DNA of 64,000 nt. Origin: Centroscyllium fabricii (Eukaryota). The stretch covers positions 20,956,001 to 21,020,000 of the forward strand of contig JBNRSN020000004.1 in the NCBI GenBank assembly GCA_051313645.2. The letters are read 5' to 3'. The translations under genes and the position numbers were made by a program. The notes beneath the pieces are model-generated. The model was not told the origin of the DNA. It saw only the letters and a list, made by a program, of their open reading frames with translations, and did no database searches. Of the stretch, positions 34,803-47,918 are shown one piece after another. Each line of letters opens with the position of its first letter. Position 1 is the first letter of the stretch.

Positions 34803-35551
34803 CTTGTAAGAAGTCACACAACACCAGCTTATAGTCCAACAGTTTTATTTGAAATCACAAGCTTTCGGAGCGCTGCTCCTTCCTCAGGTGAAGTGACGAG
34901 ATTCATTTAAGCACAGCATCTATATCGAGAGAGAACAATGTGGTCTCTCCAACTGTTCAACATCACACCTCAGCTGAGGGACATCAAAGCAATCCGGTGG
35001 CACAGTGGTTAGCACTGTTGCCTCACAGCTCTGGAGACCCGAGTTCAAATCCAGCCTCTGGTACTATCTGTGTGGAGTTTGCACATTTTCCCCGTGTCTG
35101 CGTGGGTTTCCTCCGGGTGCTCCGGTTTCCTCCCACAATCCAAAGATGTGTGGGTTAGGTTGATTGGCCATGCTAAAATTGACCCTTAGTGTTAGGGGGA
35201 TTGAATAGGTGGGGTTATGGGGATAGGGTGGGATATGTGTTGATATAGGGAACGAGGGATGTGGGGAGAGGGCAGGGGCGGGGTGCTGGGTTTGGATGAT
35301 TGGCCATGATCTCATTGAATGGCGGAGCAGGGCCGAATGGCCTACTCCTGCTCCTATCTTCTATGTTTCTATGTTCTCTCTTATATATATATATATATAT
35401 ACTATGTTTAAATGAATCTTGTCACTTCACCCGATGAAGGAGCAGCGCTCCGAAAGCTTGTGATTTCAAATAAAACTGTTGGACTATAACCTGGTGTTGT
35501 GTGACTTCTTACAATTGTCCACCCCAGTCCAACACCGGCACCTCCGCATCA
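34803..35551. mobile_element. Penelope-like element (second family) with inverted termini and a nested SINE
   Basis: 34805-34920 is inverted against 35402-35513; 11-bp flanking direct repeat TACCAGGAATG (34792-34802, 35552-35562); hammerhead-like cores. Confidence 0.75.
34994..35374 (+). mobile_element. HE1-like V-SINE family A
   Basis: Copy of family A. Confidence 0.88.
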
Positions 35552-36694
35552 TACCAGGAATGTGGTTAAGATCTCCCAAGTTCATCACCGCCAACCGATT
35601 TTTATCCCCCCGGGATTTCAACCCAGATCCCAGAGATGAAAGGGATAGTGTGTGCTCACCCACTGGACTACTCGGGGCCCCTATAATCTCGCTTTAAATC
35701 TAAAACCAGCAGAATATGTTGGCATGGATCCAGTTAAGTAATAAACTGGCTGTATTTTTGTGTCTCAATTTATTGAACCGGAGAGGAAAAGAAACAAAAC
35801 TTGGTTTGATGTGTGTGTGTGTGCTTCCATTGTGGGGAATGGTAGTTTCCCACTCTTTAAATACTAAGAAACGGAGGAAAACAGCGGAGCAAATTCAAAC
35901 AAGTCTTTATTCAACTCTATCCACGCAGAACTGACTAGAAAAAGGCGCAAAAACGCAAAGCATCGTGGGGCTCTTGAGTGACCGCCCTCTGGACCAGTCA
36001 GGGACCGTAACCGTTGATCGAACTTATCCAATGGGGAAACGGGGGCGGGACCACTCGGGAAATGGTAAGTGGATGTGAGGCTAGGTTCAGATCGGCCATG
36101 TGATCTCCTGGACCAGTTTTCGATCGCCTAGATGGGTCGGAGAGGAATTTTCCTGATTTTTTTTCTCCCAATTTGGCGACTTTTGTTTTTTTTTAATCTG
36201 GTTTTTCACCTCTCCCAGGTGATCACATTGGTCTGGGCGGGGTGGAGAGTAAAAATAAAATTGAGGTTAGGATCAGATCAGCCATGATCTTGTTGAATGG
36301 TGGAGCAGGCTCGAGGGGCCGATTGGCCTACTCCTGCTCCTATTTCTTATGTTCTTATGAAATGTGGATTCTGTGTCCGAGAGAGACCGGATTGTCTCTC
36401 TTGAGTGGCTACGCGACACCATGTTATGCCTCGGCAGTTTTCTACTGCCCTTCCCTCTTGCCTCTTTTGTAAATCTGATGGATCATCAGACTGGGGCTAA
36501 CAGTCCAATTGTGAAAAGTGAAGCGCGCAGGCTTCCCCGGTGGCTCGCCGTGGTACGGAGCCGCACAGACGAGAAAGATCTCTCGTATGATCCCAGCTCT
36601 GTGCTGAATTCACCAGGGCAGTAGAGATGCGGCAAATGACTTCAGTGTTCCTGGGCTGGGAGGGACCAAGAGCTGGTAAACTCTGCTCTTATCA

Positions 36695-37310
36695 TCGAAT
36701 GATACAGCACAGAAGGAGGCCATTCGGCCCATCGTGCCTGTGCCGGCTCTGTGAAAGAGCGATCCAATTAGTTCCATAGCCCTGCAGATTTTTCCCCTTC
36801 CAGTATCCAATTCACTTTTAAAAGTTACGACCGAAACTGCTTCCGCCACCCTTTCGGGCAGTGCATTCCAGATCACCACTTACTGCGTAAAAAAAATTCT
36901 CATCTCCTCCCTGATTCTTTTATAATAATAATTATATATAATAATTTATAATAATAATAATAATTCAACTTTTATTGTCATTATACAATGTACATGAACA
37001 ACGAAATGTGATCTGGCAAGCTCCCAAGAGTCCAGCAAAGCCGCTGCGTCTTTCATCATCTTTCCATCATTCCGACAATCTTCAGCCAACCACCCCTCCC
37101 CGGGGCTCCTTTCGTGACCTTCTGCACCTGGTATTCCCTGGTGGTCACCCATCCAAGTACTAACCAGGCCTGGCTCTGCTTCGCTTCCAAGCCTTGCCAG
37201 TGACCCTGTCCCTAGTCCCAGGAACAGGGCCTTTGCCAGTTGCCTTAAATCTGTGTCCTCTGGTTACTGACCCTTCCACCATTGGAAACAGAATCTCCTT
37301 TATTTACTCT
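36695..37310 (-). mobile_element. Old CR1 3' fragment interrupted by the 5S-SINE
   Basis: 'WNALPERVAEA' in ORF 36610-36879; sequence resumes at 37231. Confidence 0.7.
36945..37230 (-). mobile_element. 5S-derived SINE, copy 3
   Basis: GGAAGCGAAGCAGAGCCAGGCCTGGTTAGTACTTGGATGGGTGACCACCAGGGAATACCAGGTGC; same 5' end as copies 1 and 2. Confidence 0.87.
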
Positions 37311-37313
37311 GGA

Positions 37314-38320
37314 GAAACATAGACGATAGGAGTAGGAGTAGGCCATTCGTCCCCTCGAGCCTGCTCCGCCAGTCAATGCGATCATGGCTGATCATCCAAA
37401 TTCAGTACCCTGTCCCTGCCTTCTCCCCATATCACTTAATCCCTTTAGCCTTGAGGAATATATCCAACTCTTTCTTGAATATATTTAATGAACTGGTCTC
37501 CACCGCCCTCTGTGGCAGAGAATTCCACAGGTTCACCACTCTCTGGGTGAAGAAATTCCTCCTCATCTCAGTCCTAAATGGCTTACCCCTTATCCTTAGA
37601 CTATGACCCCTGGTTCTGGACTCTCCGGCCAACGGGAACATCCTTCCTGCATCTAGGCTGTCCAGGCCTGACAGAATTTTATAGGTTTCGATGAGATCCC
37701 CTCTCAATCTTCTAAACTCCAGCAAGTATAAGCCCAATTGACACAATCTCTCCTCATACGTCATTCCTGCCATCCCAGGTATCAGCCTGGTGAATCTTCG
37801 CTGAACTCCTTCCATGGCAAGAATATCCTTCATAGAAACATAGAAACTAGGAGCAGGAGTAGGCCATTCGGCCCTTCGAGCCTGCTCTGCCATTCAATGA
37901 GATCATGGCTGATCATCCAAACCCAGTACCCCGCCCCTACCCTCTCCCCATATCCCTATCGAGCCTGCATCGACACACATCCCACCCTATCCCTGTAACC
38001 CCACATATTTAATCCCCCTAACACGAAGGGTCAATTTATCATGGCCAATCAACCTAACCCGCACATCTTTGGACTGTGGGAGGAAACCGGAGCACCCGGA
38101 GGAAACCCACGCAGACACGGGGAGAATGTGCAAACTCCACACAGATAGTACCCGAGGCTGGATTTGAACCCGGGTCTCCAGTGCTGTCAGACAACAGTGC
38201 TAACCACTGCCACCGTGCCGCCCGGTTGCCACCGTACCTTCCTCAGATAAGGCGACCAAAACTGCACACAAAACCCAAGGTGTGGTCTCACCAAGGCCCT
38301 GTACAACTGCAGCAAGACAT
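37314..38320 (-). mobile_element. CR1 3' fragment with nested V-SINE A (37831-38223, minus)
   Basis: ORF 37432-37893; CR1 resumes at about 38237. Confidence 0.88.
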
Positions 38321-38501
38321 CAAAACCTTTCCTGATTTTTGAACACCTCCTATTAAATCTCCCCTTAACTTTCTCTGTTCTGAGGTGAAAAAACCCAGTT
38401 TCTGTAGTCACTTGATCCTATTGTGATCTCTTACTAGAAAGTGCACTTAAATGTCTACTAATAGGTTCAGGTTTGGGTATGATGCTCAATCTCCTCTGCC
38501 T

Positions 38502-38886
38502 GGGCGGCACGGTGGCCCAGTGGTTAGCACTGTTGTCTCACAGCACTGGAGACCCGGGTTCAAATCCAGCCTCGTGTGCTATCTGTGTGGAGTTTGCACA
38601 TTCTCCCCGTGTCTGCGTGGGTTTCCTCCGGGTGCTCCGGTTTCCTCCCACAGTCCAAAGATGTGCGAGTTAGGTTGATTGGCCAGGTTAAATTGACCCT
38701 CAGTGTTGGGATCGAATATACGGGGTTACGGGGATAGGGTGGGATGTGTGTCGGTGCAGGCTCGATAGGGATATGGGGAGAGGGCAGGGGCAGGGTACTG
38801 GGTTTGAATGATCAGCCATTATCTCACTGAATGGCGGAGCAGGCTCGAAGGGCCGAATGGCCGACTCCTCCTATCTTCTATGTTTC
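38502..38886 (+). mobile_element. HE1-like V-SINE family A
   Basis: Full-length copy. Confidence 0.9.
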
Positions 38887-39909
38887 TCCCTCCCACACAT
38901 GACCAAATAGCCTCACTCTCTCTAGACTGACCTGTGAAGAATAGCCAGGGCTGCCAATGCTTGTGGAACTGACCCCAGCAAGTGATGATGCCTATAGGAG
39001 GAGCAAGAGAAAATAATGGGGGCGGGGCGGGCGGGGGGGGGGGGGGGGGGTGGAGAAAACGCTGCCATTGATTCACGAGGTGATTCTGCAGTTTTTAAAC
39101 AGATCACGAAGAGTTCTTAATTTTATTTTATTTTTGAATCAAATAGTGAAGGAACCCAGTGGGGCACTAATTGACCGGGTAAAGCCGGAATAGCTATGTT
39201 AGAACTGTGCCAGTTGATCAGATTGCAGATACATTTACCTATCTGCTCCAGCCAGTAAGGGATACACTGCTGGCTTAGTCCCTTTAACCGTAAGGCTTTC
39301 TTTTAATATAAACCTAGTTAAATGACCGACTGATTAGGGAATAAGGGGTTACGGGGATCGGGCAGGGAAGTGGGCGTGAGTCTAAGTTCGGATCAGCCAT
39401 GATCCTATTGAATGGTGGAGCAGGCCCCGAAAGGCCGTATGGCCGACTCCTGCTCCTACTTCTTGTGTTCCCCTAACGCAGAACATCAAGGTTGAAATAG
39501 TGATGGTTAAATAATGCCAAGCTTGGGTTTAAAAAACGTATTGATTTATGGAGGGTGGGGGCACCCTGAGGGACACCGGGGGTTCCGCAAGCCCGAGGTG
39601 TGTGCACGAGTGTGTGTATACATAAGTATATGTTATTGAGAGATTTAAACGTGCAGATCAGTTAGTAAAGGTTATATATAACTTAACCTCTTAGTACGTT
39701 TCGGTATATGTTAGATACGCCCACACACGGTCTAGCTCCTTTGTAAATGTTAACCACAGTCTTAACTGCAAACCAGAAAGCAGAGCTTTCATAATGCAGA
39801 GATTTGCCAGAGCTTTAGCAAAGGTCATTGACCTAATTTTTACATCAATTTTTTTTTTCAAGAAAATATTCTCTCTAGTTCAGCCCGCTTATCTTTTTGT
39901 CTTTTTGGA

Positions 39910-42275
39910 TAACCAGGGAAATTAGAGATAATCCAAAGAGAGGGCATATAAATTGGCCAAAAAAAGCAACAGACCTGGGAGCAGTTTAGGATACAGCAAA
40001 GGAGGACAAAGGGATTAATTAAGAGGGGGAAAATAGATTATGAAAGGAACATAAAAACTGACTGCAAAAGCATTTATAGATATATTAAGAGGGAAAATAT
40101 TGGTGAAATCAAGCATTGGTCCCTTGCAGTCCGAATCAGGGGAATATATAATGGGGAACAAGGAAATGGCAGACCAATTAAATACATATTTTGGTTCTGT
40201 CTTCACAAAGGAGGACACAAATAACCTCCCAGAGGTGTCGGGAAACATAGGGACTAATGAGAGGGAGGAACTGATAGAAATCAGTATTTGTAGAGATATG
40301 GTGTTGGGGAAGTTGAAGGGATTGAAGGCCAACAAATCCCCAGGGCCTGATAATCTACATCCTAGGGTACTTAAGGAACTGGCCCTGGAGAAAGCAGATG
40401 CATTACTGATCATCTTCCAGAACTCGATAGACTCTGGAACAGTACCCATGGATTGGAGGGTAGCTAATGTTACCCCACTATTCAAAAAAGGGGGTAGAAA
40501 AGAAGCGGGAAATTCCAGACCGGTAAGCCTGACATCGGTCGTGGGGAAAATGCTAGAGTCCATTATTAAAGATGTAATAGCAGTACATTTGAAAAACAGT
40601 GACGCGATCGGACAGAGTCAACATGGATTTACAAAAGGTAAATCGTGCTTGACTAATCTACTGGAATTTTTTGAGGATGTAACTGGTAAAATAGATAGGG
40701 GCGAACCAGTAGACGTAGTGTATTTGGATTTTCAGAAAGCTTTCGATAAGGGCCCTCATAAGAGATTAGCATGCAAAATTCAGGCTCATGGGATTGGGGG
40801 CAAGGTATTGACGTGGTTAGAGAACTGGCTGGCAGATAGAAAACAGAGAGTTGGAATAAACGGGTCATTTTCCGAGTGGCAGGCAGTGACTAGTGGGGTA
40901 CTGCAAGGATCGGTCCTAGGACCCCAGCTGTTCACAATATATATTAATGATCTGGACGAGGGAATTGGATGTAATATCTCCAAATTTGCAGACGAGACAA
41001 AGCTGGGTGGGAGGGTATGCTGTGAGAAGGATGTCGAGAAACTCCAATGCGATTTGGACAGGTTGGGGGCGTGGGCAGATACATGGCAAATGCACTACAA
41101 TGTGGATAACATAGAAACATAGAAGATAGGAGCAGGAGTAGGCCATTCGGCCCTTCGAGCCTGCTCCGCCATTTAATGAGATCATGGCTGATCATCCAAA
41201 CCCAGTACCCCATCCCTGCCTTGTCCGCATATCCCTTTTGAACCTGCACCGACCCATATCCCACCCTATCCCCGTAACCCCACCTATTTAATCCCCCTAA
41301 CACGAAGAGTCAATTTATCCTGGCCAATCAACCTAACCCGCACATCTTTGGATTGTGGGAGGAAACCGGAGCACCCGGAGGAAACCCACGCAGACACGGG
41401 GAGAATGTGCAAACTCCACACAGATAGTACCCGAGGCTGGATTTGAACCCGGGTCTCCAGAGCTGTGAGGCAACAGTGCTAACCACCGTGCCGCCCCGTG
41501 CTGTGAGGTTATCCACATTGGTGGCAAAAACAGGAGGGCAGATTATTATTTGAATGGCAATAGATTGGGAGATGGGGAAGTGCAAAGAGACCTGGGTATT
41601 CTTGTGCACCAGTCACTGAAGGTAAGCATGCAGGTGCAACAGGCGGTTAAGAAGGCAAATGGTATGTTGGCCTTTGTAGCGAGGGTTCGAGTATAAGAAC
41701 AAGGATATCTTGCTGCAGTTCTACAGGACATTGGTGAGACCACACCTCAAGTATTGTGTGCAGTTTTGGTCGCCTCATCTGAGGAAGGACGTTCTTGCCA
41801 TTGGAGGAGTGCAGCGAAGATTCACCAGGCTGATACCTGGGATGGCAGGAATGACGTATGGGGAGAGATTGAGTCGATTGAGCTTATACTCGCTGGAGTT
41901 CAGACGATTGAGAGGGGATCTCATCGAAGCCTATAAAATTCTGTCAGGCCTGGACAGACTGGATGCAGGAAAGATGTTTCCGATGAAAGGGGAGTCCAGA
42001 ACCAGGGGCCATAGTCTAAGGATAAGGGGAAAGCCATTTAGGACTGAGATGAGGGGGAATTTCTTCACCGAGAGTGGTGAACCTGTGGAATTCTCTACCA
42101 CAGAAGGCAGTAGAGGCCAATTCATTAAATATATTCAAGAAGGAGTTGGATATATTTCTTCAGGCTGAAGGGATCAAGATATGGGGAGAAGGCGGGGACA
42201 GGGTACTGAATCTGAAAGATCAGTCATGATCTAATTGAATGGCGGAGCAGGCTCGAAGGGCCGATTTCTATGTCT
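39910..42275 (+). mobile_element. CR1 LINE, 5'-truncated, with nested V-SINE A (41108-41497, minus)
   Basis: ORFs 40100-41122 and 41710-42168 carry RT motifs. Confidence 0.93.
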
Positions 42276-42733
42276 CCCGAAGCCATTGACTCATTAATGG
42301 GGTACGGTTCCAGGAGTGATGCAGCAACCGATTTCACCTCGTCTAAGGGCCTATTCTTTATGTGTGACCCTAGATATCAAGTATGTTTTTGAACTGTAGG
42401 AAAATGCCAGAAGACTTAAAAAAATATATATATATATATTGATGTATCGTCAATTCCCTTAATAAAAGACTAAACGAGTAGTGACCTTAACTATAGGCTT
42501 TTATTAACTAACTTTGGAGCTACCCTCCGATCGAACATCCAGAACAGAATGAAGGAGCCTGGTCAGTCCTCACCTATAAAGGGCCTCACCTGGGGGAGGA
42601 GTTAGAGGTGTGGCTGACCTGGCTCCACGACAGTGTTGCAAAGCGATGTAACATACAAAGCCAATATTGGCGACAATATTACAGTGGTGACGTATACACA
42701 ATATGGTTACCACATTCACCCCTTCTTGAAAAT

Positions 42734-45610
42734 TTAAGTCCGGCGGGGTGAATGGACAGAGCAGTTCATTATGAACTTGTCCGGCGGTCGTGTCTGTCTG
42801 GAGGACTGCCGGGGCTCCGGTGAAAGTTCGACGTGTTCCGTCCTGCTCGAGTCCGGTGGTGGTGACAGTGACTCTGGTGCCGAAATTTCGGATGCTGGTG
42901 GTCTCAATTGGTCCGAGCCATCGGAATGGTGGTCTTGGGCTGGCCACGGCTGGGGCTCTGGATACCTCGGAGGCCACTGTAGATGCAGGGGGTGTTCTAG
43001 ATACTGTGGCTGGGCGGGCTGCTGCCCGACCAGGGGCTCTGCTGTAGTGCTCCCTGCGGGAGCCAGGTCCCTGATGGAGACGGTGTCCTCACGCCCGTCC
43101 GGGAACTGCACGTATGCATATTGAGGATTCGCATGCAGGAGCTGCACCTTGTCCACCAGGGGGTCGGTCTTGTGGCCACGGACGTGTCTTCTAAGGAAGA
43201 CCGGCCCCGGTGTCGTGAGCCATGGAGGAAGAGCTGTCCCCGAAGTCGACTTCCTGGGAAAGGAAAAAATCAAGTCATGAGGGGTGGCGTTAGTGGCCAT
43301 ACACAGGAGAGAGCGTATTGAATGCAGCGCGTCTGGGAGGACTGCCTGCCAATGGGCCACTGGAAGGCCTCTGGACTTCAGAGCCAGGGTGACCGCCTTC
43401 CAGATGATCCCATTCTCCCTTTCTACCTGGCCGTTCCCCCGGGGGTTATAACTGGTCGTTCTGCTCGTGGCAACCCCTTTCTGGAGCAGAAACTGACGCA
43501 GTTCATCGCTCATGAACGATGACCCCCGGTCGCTATGGATGTAGCTGGGAGACCGAAAATGCCGAACAGTGTGGTGAAGTGTTTTATCACCGTTGCGCTC
43601 ATCATATCTGCGCAGGGGAAAGCGAAGGGGAAGCGGGAGAACTCATCTACGACCGTGAGGAAGTATGAGTTGCGGTCGGTGGTGGGGAGGGGGCCTTTGA
43701 AGTCCACGCTTAGACGTTCAAAGGGGCGGGTGGCCTTAATGAGGTGCACTGTGTCTGGCCGGAAAAATTGGGGTTTGCACTCGGCGCAAACCGGGCACTC
43801 CCGGGTCATAGCCTTGATCTCCGTGATGGAGTAGGGGAGGCTACGGGATCTAACAAAGTGGGCGAGTCTGGTGACACCCGGGTGGCAAAGGCGGTCGTGG
43901 AGGTCCTTCAGCCGGTCTAGCTGGGCACTGGCGCACGTTCCCCTGGACAGTGCGTCCGGGGGTTCATTGAGTTTACCTGGTCGGTAAAGAATGTCGTACT
44001 CGTAAGTCGAGAGTTCGATCCGCCACCGCAGGATCTTATCATTCTTGATCTTACCCTTCTGTTTATTATTAAACATAAACGCCACCGACCGCTGGTCGGT
44101 GAGAAGGGTAAAACACTTACCGGCCAGGTAATGACGCCAGTAGCGCACGGCCTCCACGATGGCCTGGGCCTCCTTTTCCACTGCAGAGTGGCGAATTTCG
44201 GGTCCCTGTAAGGTGCGGGAGAAAAACGCAACGGGCCTGCCTGCCTGATTCAGGGTGGCAGCAAGGGCAAAGTCCGAAGCGTCGCTCTCCACCTGGAAGG
44301 GAATGGTTTCATCAACAGCGTGCATGGTCGCTTTGATGATGTCCTCCTTTATCCGGGCGAATGCCGTTTGGGCTTCTACCAAGAGGGGGAAGACGGCAGC
44401 CTTGAGGAGTGGTCTAGCCTTGTCCGCGAACTGTGGGACCCATTGTGCGTAGTAGGAGAAAAATCCTAGGCATCTCCTCAAGGCTTTGGGGTTGTGAGGT
44501 AGGGGCAGTTCTTGTAGGGGGCGCATACGCTGTGGGTCGGGGCCGAGGACCCCATTCTCCACCACGTATCCGAGGATGGCGAGCCGGTCTGTATTAAAGA
44601 CACATTTGTCCTTGTTATACGTAAGGTCCAGCTTTTCCGCCGTATCGAGGAATTTGGCCAGGTTGGCATCGTGGTCCTGCTGGTCATGGCCGCAGATGGT
44701 CACGTTGTCCAGGTAAGGGAAGGTGGCCCGCAACTCGTTCTGGTCAACCATGCGGTCCATCTCCCGTTGGAACACTGACACTCCGTTGGTCACGCCGAAG
44801 GGGACCCGGAGGAAGTGGTAGAGCCGACCGTTCGCCTCGAAGGCGGTGTACGGGCGGTCGGCTTTCCGGATCGGGAGTTGGTGATACGCCGACTTAAGGT
44901 CGATCGTGGAGAACACCTTATATTGGGCGATCTGTTTGACCATGTCCGAGATGCCGGGGAGGGGGTAGGCGTCGAGCCCGGTGTAGCGGTTAATGGTCTG
45001 GCTGTAGTCGATAACCAGCCGCTGTTTCTCGCCAGTCTTCACCACTACTACCTGGGCCCGCCAGGGGCTGGTGCTGGCTTCAATTATCCCCTCCTTTAGC
45101 ATACGCCCGACCTCCGACCTGATAAACGTGCGATCCCCCACACTGTACCGCCGACTCTTAGTAGCAATTGGTTTGCAATTAGGGTCGAGGTTGGCGAACA
45201 GTGAGGGGAGGTCGATTTTCAGGGTGGAGAGGCCGCAGGCCGGGCTCCGCTTTGGGAAGGGACTGTCCCGGCTACTGACGGTGAGGGGGGGCAGGGTCCC
45301 GCCGAACTCCATTGTCACGCTCTTGAGGTGGCACTGGAAATCCAGACCTAGTAAGGCTGGGGCACACAACTGCTTGAGGGTGTACAATTTAAAATTACGG
45401 TACACGCATCCCTTGACTGAGCGTGACGGAGCAGTAGCCGGTGACGTCCGCGGTGTGGGACTGTGAAGCAAGGGAGACTTGGTAGCGCGTGGGCAGGATC
45501 TGCAGTCCATAGCGCTGCGCTGTATCGGGGTGTACAAAACTCTGTGTTTCCAGTGTCGAACAGGCAATTGGTAATATGGCCGTTAATTTTGATCGGCATG
45601 ATCGAGTTTG
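42734..45610 (-). pseudogene. Gypsy 2 pol (PR-RT-RH-IN), frameshifted
   Basis: 'CLFDTG', 'YLDN', 'ESDASD', 'HDRLCHPG..CPVC', 'GQVER'; highly similar to Gypsy 1 pol. Confidence 0.92.
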
Positions 45611-46997
45611 ATAGGTTGTGTGGCCTAGTCTGGTCCACTTTGGGTATGGCTGAGGCCGAAGTGTGCCTTTGTGTGTGGGGGCCCCCTGCTTGTTGGGGCT
45701 GTACACAAAATGGCGGCGCCCCTGGCTCGCACATGGCGGGGCACTGGAGACAAGATGGCGGCGCCGAGGGGTCGCACATGGTGGGCCGCTGGAGACAAGA
45801 TGGCGGCGCCCGTGGTTCGCACGCGGCTGACCGCTGTGAGCGCGCTGGCGGCGCCCGTGGTTCGCATGCAGCGGGCCGCGGTGACTGGGTTGGCGGTGCC
45901 CATGGTTCGCACGCAGCGGGCCGCGGTGACTGGGTTGGCGGTGCCCGTGGTTCGCACGCAGCGAGCCGCGGTGGTTGGGTTGGCGGTGCCCGTGATTCGC
46001 ACGCAGCGGGCCGCGCTGGGTCTGCCGCTGGCGTTGGGGGGTCGCTCTTGGCCGGCCGTGGCTGAGCTTGGCGTGCCGTGGGTGCAGCCGGCCTTTGCCA
46101 CATCAGGGTGGGAGATGGGGGCGCTTTTCTTCTACCCCCGGACCGTCGCTGGATCGCGCTGCTATTGCAGCTTACCTGAGTCCTGGCGGAGCTTTCACAG
46201 GCTGCGCTGCTGTACCTGGAGTTGGGCGCTGTTGGTGCTGATCTGCAGGCCTTAGCGTAGTGTCCCTTTTTGGAGCACCTCTCACAGGTCGCGGTCCTCG
46301 CTGGGCATCTCGCTCGCGGGTGCAGTCCCTGACCGCAAAAGTAGCACCGTTGGTCCTTTGTGGCTGTCGCAGCCATCGTGGGGGTCTCGACCCGTTGTGG
46401 TGCTGCCCAGGCCTGGGCCCGTTGTGGCACGGCCCACGCGTCGTAGACCTGCGGGTTAGTGCCGCTGTACGCCATTAGTTTGTTGCGTGCCCCCTCTACA
46501 GAGTTAGATATGGAGATCGCCTCCTCTAGAGCCAAAGGGTCTTTTTCGAGCAGCCGCTGGCGGGCTTCCACACACCTCAGGCCTGTTACGTAGGCATCCC
46601 GGATGAGGAGATTCGCCTCTTCCTCTGCTGTCAGTGCTTGGCAGCCACAGACCCGTACCAGGGCTTGGAGTGCTTGCTCAAATTGCTCGTTTGTCTCACC
46701 CGGTAGTTGCGGTCTGGTTGCGAGCACATGTCTGGCGTAGACCGAGTGGACCGGGCGCTCATAGCATTTCCGCAGTTTTTCCACTGCCGCTGGGTAGGTT
46801 TTGGCATCTCTGATGAGGGAGAATACTCGGCTGGAGATCCTAGACCGGAGAACCTGTAATTTGTTCACGTCGGTTGTAGCCTTGGCGGCGTCCATATAGG
46901 CATCCAGGAGACCGAACCAGTATTCGAACGTGGTGGCGGCGGCTGGGTCCTGTGGACTGGTGTCCAGCTTCTCTGGCTTTACCGCACCGCTCTCCAT
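45611..46997 (-). CDS. Gypsy 2 gag plus Pro-rich repeat linker (open frame running into protease)
   Basis: 'CYFCGQGLHPRARC', 'CERCSKKGHYAKAC', 15-aa repeats PRPAACEPRAPPTQS. Confidence 0.85.
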
Positions 46998-47302
46998 TTC
47001 AAATTTTCTTAGTTAATAAAATTGACATATCGGCAATTCCCTTAATAAAAGACTAAACGAGTAGTGACCTTAACTATAGGCTTTTATTGACTAACTTAGG
47101 AGCTACCCTCCGATCGAACATCCAGAACAGAATGAGGGAGCCTGGTCAGTCCTCACCTATAAAGGGCCTCACCTGGGGGAGGAGTTAGAGGTGTGGCTGA
47201 CCTGGCTCCACGACAGTGTTGTAAAGTGATGTAACATACAAAGCCAATATTGGCGACAATATTACAGTGGTGACGTATACACAATATGGTTACTATATAT
47301 AT

Positions 47303-47333
<31 letters not shown>

Positions 47334-47344
47334 CATACATACAA

Positions 47345-47690
47345 ATTAGGAGCAGGAGTCGGCCCCTCGGGCCTGCTCCGCCGTTCAATAAGGTCATGGC
47401 TGATCCGAATACTCCACTTTCCCACCTACCCCCGATAACCTTTCACCCCCCTTGCTTATCAAGAATCTATCGACCTCGGCCGTAAAAACATTCAGAGACT
47501 CTGCTTCCACCACCCCTTGAGGAAGAGAGTTCCAAAGACTCACCACCCTCTGTGGGGGGGGGGGGGGGTAATTCTCCTCATCTGTCTTAAATGGGTGACC
47601 CCTTATTTTTAAACAGTGACCCCTAGTTCTAGATTCTCCCACAAGAGGAACCATCCTCTCCACATCCACCCTGTCCAGACCCCTCAGGGT
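47345..47690 (-). mobile_element. CR1 3' fragment
   Basis: ORF 47394-47669. Confidence 0.8.
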
Positions 47691-47918
47691 CCTAATGTGT
47701 GTTCATTCTCAATCTCACTTCATTAGAAAATGTAGCACAGAAAAATACCGTGAAGCTACAAACCCTTCTTGCGCAGGCTGCTCCCATTCCAAGTCACAAT
47801 CTACAGCCATCTGTATTCTAAATACTTTAGATGTGCAAAGCACTTCCTGTCGATCACACTTGTGCTAATGCAAATTTATGTGTGTCACCTTTTTTTTTTT
47901 AAAAACAAAAAGAATAAT

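Larger units (their letters stand above)
42440..47297 (-). mobile_element. Ty3/Gypsy LTR retrotransposon 2, full length, frameshifted
   Basis: LTRs at 42440-42714 and 47023-47297 (about 10 differences in 275 bp by eye), PPT GAAGGGGTGAA, TATAT flanks inside (TA)n, gag-PR-RT-RH-IN. Confidence 0.97.

Noticed and set aside
37100-37125. SRP (7SL) helix-8-like AGGTCACGAAAGGAGC in the 5S-SINE
   Set aside because: Short similarity without the flanking helix; likely chance
37120-37192. 5S rRNA gene
   Set aside because: Only the 3' part of 5S is present, it is diverged, and it is embedded in a repeated SINE
38502-38575. tRNA genes at SINE heads
   Set aside because: A/B boxes are present, but each is followed by SINE body and LINE tail; no convincing full cloverleaf
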